A stretch of 30,432 nucleotides of DNA. Source: a plasmid. The position numbers and the translations under genes were made by a program. The stretch is taken from sequence record NZ_CP034172.1; one strand, given 5' to 3'. Shown here in pieces: positions 27,989 to 30,432 of the stretch. Each line of letters begins with the position of its first letter. Position 1 is the first letter of the stretch. Below the pieces are notes generated by a model. It was not told the DNA's origin. It was given only the letters and a program-made list of their open reading frames with translations, and did no database searches.

Positions 27989-28100
27989 TATGTTCGCATA
28001 AAATTGCTCCAAAAACATTTGCAGAGCTGTTTTATGTTCGCATCAATTAAAACGATATCGGCAGTTCCGGAACGGATCATATAATATCGTGCGAACATCA
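27989..28100. promoter_or_regulatory. Operator or centromere-like repeat cluster upstream of the 27975->par operon.
   Basis: TATGTTCGCATA at 27989-28000, TATGTTCGCATCA at 28033-28045 and the inverted cGTGCGAACATCA at 28088-28100, about 44 bp apart. Between them are the palindromes CGATATCG and TTCCGGAA. The exact 12-mer also occurs, inverted, inside the 1.24 kb repeat (749-760 and 20100-20111). Confidence 0.55.
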
Positions 28101-28103
28101 ACT

Positions 28104-28346
28104 TTATCTTTTCCGATTGTTTATAAAATCAAAAAGAATTTCTGAATTTTGTTCATCCAAATTTCCTATAAAGTCTAGCCAAGCTAAAGAATTATTATTA
28201 ATTCTGTACTCCTTATACTTATTTTTCTTATCAATTAAATGCCCTAGCATATAATCTTTAACTTTTCCTTTATAAATATTTTCTACTTCATCAATATTAG
28301 TATTATCAATAAAGACTATAATTTTGTGCATTATAATTGATTTCAT
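28104..28346 (-). CDS. Hypothetical small protein.
   Basis: 80-aa ORF, second gene of a two-gene leftward unit. Confidence 0.4.
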   Translation of the reverse strand: MKSIIMHKIIVFIDNTNIDEVENIYKGKVKDYMLGHLIDKKNKYKEYRINNNSLAWLDFIGNLDEQNSEILFDFINNRKR

Positions 28347-28379
28347 TTTATAAGTTTTTTAGCATTAAAAAAGTTTCTT

Positions 28380-28613
28380 TCAGCAAATCGAATTTATGCT
28401 GCTGTTTTTTTTATCATTAATTAATTCGGTACTGATAATTTTCAGTTCATTTCTTTCTGCTTCAAGTTCCAAATATTTTACGAAAAGTGTTTTTACTACT
28501 TCGTTATTGGAACTCAAACCAAACTTTTTCTTAATCTTGGAGAATGCTTCTCCCTGTGCTTCTTCTATATCCCTAACGTAAATAGTTGTCGGAAAATCAT
28601 TAATTACAGGCAT
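28380..28613 (-). CDS. Hypothetical small protein.
   Basis: 77-aa ORF, preceded by the conserved promoter-like 40-mer. Confidence 0.4.
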   Translation of the reverse strand: MPVINDFPTTIYVRDIEEAQGEAFSKIKKKFGLSSNNEVVKTLFVKYLELEAERNELKIISTELINDKKNSSINSIC

Positions 28614-28637
28614 ATATTTTTATGTTTATTGTTACAA

Positions 28638-28676
28638 ATTTAAATTAACTTTTCCAAATATACGCAACTTTTTAAA
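28638..28676 (-). promoter_or_regulatory. Second copy of the conserved promoter-like 40-mer (see 13655-13701).
   Basis: acaaatttaaattaacttttccaaatatacgcaacttt. The coding-strand reading contains the TATATTTG -7 box about 25 bp from the ATG at 28613. Confidence 0.5.
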
Positions 28677-28815
28677 ATTATTTTAATATTTATTTATAGA
28701 TTGTAGTTAAATATATTTGAATTTTTTCACTTATTTATTTGGTTATCGAGAATACGTTTTTTTATCGGAGGTAAGTTTTTTGGCGGAATTTTTGAACAAA
28801 TATTGTGACAAAAAA

Positions 28816-28850
28816 ACTGTAAAAAAGCCACTTTTAAAGTGGCTTTCAAT
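28816..28850 (-). terminator. Rho-independent terminator downstream of ssb.
   Basis: AGCCACTTTtaAAGTGGCT perfect stem. On the minus strand it is followed by TTTTTT (the aaaaaa at 28811-28816 on the plus strand). Confidence 0.7.
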
Positions 28851-29197
28851 TATTCTTCCGCTACTTCAACATCTTTATTGTTTCCATCAAGGAAAGTAAC
28901 TTTTTGCGCTACGATTTCAGTAATGTAATGTTTAGCGTTTTCTTTTTCGTAATTGCGTGTCTGCAATTTTCCTGTAATGGCTACCAAAGAACCTTTTTTG
29001 ATATACTTTTCGCAATTCTCGGCAGTCTTATTGTTCACTACTATATTATGCCATTCGGTTTTGGTTTCCTTTTGTCCTTCGGCATTAGTATAATGCTCGT
29101 TTGTTGCTAGAGAAAATGAGCCTTTTTTTCCGCCATTCTCAAAATCTGTGATTTTTACATCATCGCCTAATCTTCCGATTAAATTTACTTGGTTCAT
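28850..29197 (-). CDS. ssb: Single-stranded DNA-binding protein (short plasmid-type SSB, OB fold).
   Basis: 115 aa. 'MNQVNLIGRLGDDVKI…FSLATNEHYTNAEGQKETKTEWHNIVV…LVAITGKLQTRNYE' is the canonical SSB OB-fold pattern, with an acidic C-terminus. Confidence 0.85.
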   Translation of the reverse strand: MNQVNLIGRLGDDVKITDFENGGKKGSFSLATNEHYTNAEGQKETKTEWHNIVVNNKTAENCEKYIKKGSLVAITGKLQTRNYEKENAKHYITEIVAQKVTFLDGNNKDVEVAEE

Positions 29198-29214
29198 AAT
29201 AATTGTATTTAAGA

Positions 29215-29427
29215 TTAATATTTGCTGTTTTTTCTATTTTCTTCCCAAATATCATTATTGGAAAGGGTTTCAAAAGATTCTGTAATTTGTTCATCAGAAT
29301 TTTCAACGTTTTCTAAATAGATTTTAAGGTTTCCGTTTGGATATTCTCTGACTGAATAAATTTTATAAATTATTCCTGTTGGAATGTAGATAAATTCTTT
29401 TCCTATTAAATTAGATGTGTTCGACAT
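29215..29427 (-). CDS. Hypothetical small protein.
   Basis: 70-aa ORF. Confidence 0.4.
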   Translation of the reverse strand: MSNTSNLIGKEFIYIPTGIIYKIYSVREYPNGNLKIYLENVENSDEQITESFETLSNNDIWEENRKNSKY

Positions 29428-29732
29428 TATGTAATTATTATTTAGTTAATAAATTTAGTTAAAATACGATTAACCTATATATCGTGAGGTTTTAAATTTT
29501 ACTTCTTTCTAAACAAATTTTTAGCCATTTCAAAAGTCGTAAATATTTTTAAGTTCGGGCTTTACAAATAGAATAAGTTTCCAAAGAACCCTGTTCCAAA
29601 TGAATTTTAAAAATTTCATTATTAAAAGAATGATGAAGAAACTTATTACAACGGCTATTGCCTTTAATGTGAAATCTTCCATAATTATAATATTTTAAAT
29701 ATTTAGTTAAATATTGTAGTTAAATATAAAAT

Positions 29733-30020
29733 TATCTTTCACTTGGAAAAAACAGGGTTGAATTTTCAAACCAAACTTTAACTTCATCAATCTTGATATT
29801 TTCAGAAGTATAGAAATTTGTAAAATTTTGTTTAGGTTTCCGTCTTGAAGTTCCAAAGTAAATTTGTCATTTTCAACTCTGCGAAAAATCCAAACTTGAA
29901 ATTCTTCTTCTGATACTAAAAAACATTCTGCATCGAGTGTATAATTTGTAAAAGAAATTCCAAATTGTTTTCCTGCAAGTAATGGGAGAGGGTAGTGGTC
30001 ATAAAAAAATTTTTCATAGT
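29733..30020 (-). CDS. Hypothetical protein (~95 aa), interrupted by a 1-nt homopolymer frameshift.
   Basis: ATG at 30018-30020 gives MKNFFMTTTLSHYLQENNLEFLLQIIHSMQNVF*. Adding one base to the A/T run near 29922-29928 continues LVSEEEFQVWIFRRVENDKFTLELQDGNLNKILQ… to a stop near 29733. Absent from the ORF track because it is split. Confidence 0.3.
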
Positions 30021-30028
30021 GGTAAATT

Positions 30029-30238
30029 TTAATGGGTTAAAATAAATTGTAGTGTGTGTGGTTCAGAATTTTTGATGGCTTGAATAAATGGGAGATATTC
30101 ATAGGCAAAAAGGACTTCGCATAGTTCCTTAAAATCTCTGTAGCCGTGCGCTTGAATTTCATTTAAACAACTTTGATAAGTGTTAAAAATCGGTTCAAGG
30201 TTCAAAAGGTCTTTTTTTAGTTCGTCTGAATTTTTCAT
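30029..30238 (-). CDS. Hypothetical small protein.
   Basis: 69-aa ORF. Upstream region similar to the ardC upstream region (TTGTAGTTAA box). Confidence 0.4.
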   Translation of the reverse strand: MKNSDELKKDLLNLEPIFNTYQSCLNEIQAHGYRDFKELCEVLFAYEYLPFIQAIKNSEPHTLQFILTH

Positions 30239-30256
30239 AATTTATATATTTAGTTA

Positions 30257-30432
30257 AATATTGTAGTTAATTAAGTATTTAATTCTTTTATTTATTCGGT
30301 ATCGAGGAAACGTGTTTTTTTTTAAAGTGGTAGTTTTTTGTTTTCGGGGAATAGTTTTCCCTTCGTGTTTTTTCGGCTTTTTTCGGGAATGTCAAAGAAC
30401 GCTCTGCTTTTCTTTATTCGTATAACTGAGGT
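30257..30432. repeat. Left-hand portion of the wrap-around copy of the ~1.24 kb repeat (continues at position 1).
   Basis: Identical to 19176-19352. Window end plus window start reproduces 19345-19370 exactly (tataactgaggt|gtcgttttctttgc). Confidence 0.85.

Noticed and set aside
1-30432. Integrated conjugative transposon (CTn/ICE) bounded by the repeats
   Set aside because: No tyrosine or large-serine integrase, excisionase or tRNA attachment site. The presence of rep, iterons, par and res, and the exact wrap-around of the repeat, favour a circular plasmid. Not fully excluded.

Overview
AT-rich (~30% GC) Bacteroidota-type (probably Flavobacteriia) conjugative element, most likely a complete circular plasmid of about 30.4 kb linearised inside a repeat. 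The last bases of the window (…tataactgaggt) run directly into the first bases (gtcgttttc…), and that junction reproduces the internal copy of a ~1.24 kb repeat at 19176-20412, so the window appears to wrap around. Backbone, nearly all on the minus strand: Bacteroidetes-type T4SS genes traE-traF-traG-traI-traJ-traK-traM-traN-traO, an SLT lytic transglycosylase, a mobilisation block (VirD4-like coupling ATPase, relaxase, two small accessory proteins, candidate oriT), ArdC antirestriction, and a replicon/maintenance block (RepB-like initiator next to about 12 phased 21-bp iterons, ParA-like ATPase, small serine resolvase, SSB). Accessory content: a DUF262(ParB-like)-HNH nuclease plus an EcoRI-family N6-adenine methyltransferase inserted at the edge of one copy of the 1.24 kb non-coding repeat; a regulator combining sigma-70 region-4-like and RNA-polymerase alpha-CTD-like domains; a secreted SNase-type thermonuclease with three uncharacterised small genes; and several families of short repeated intergenic boxes. 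At least nine conserved genes are split by single-base deletions in A/T homopolymer runs, which looks like systematic sequencing/assembly error rather than biology. No rRNA, tRNA, CRISPR array or integrase/transposase gene was seen.
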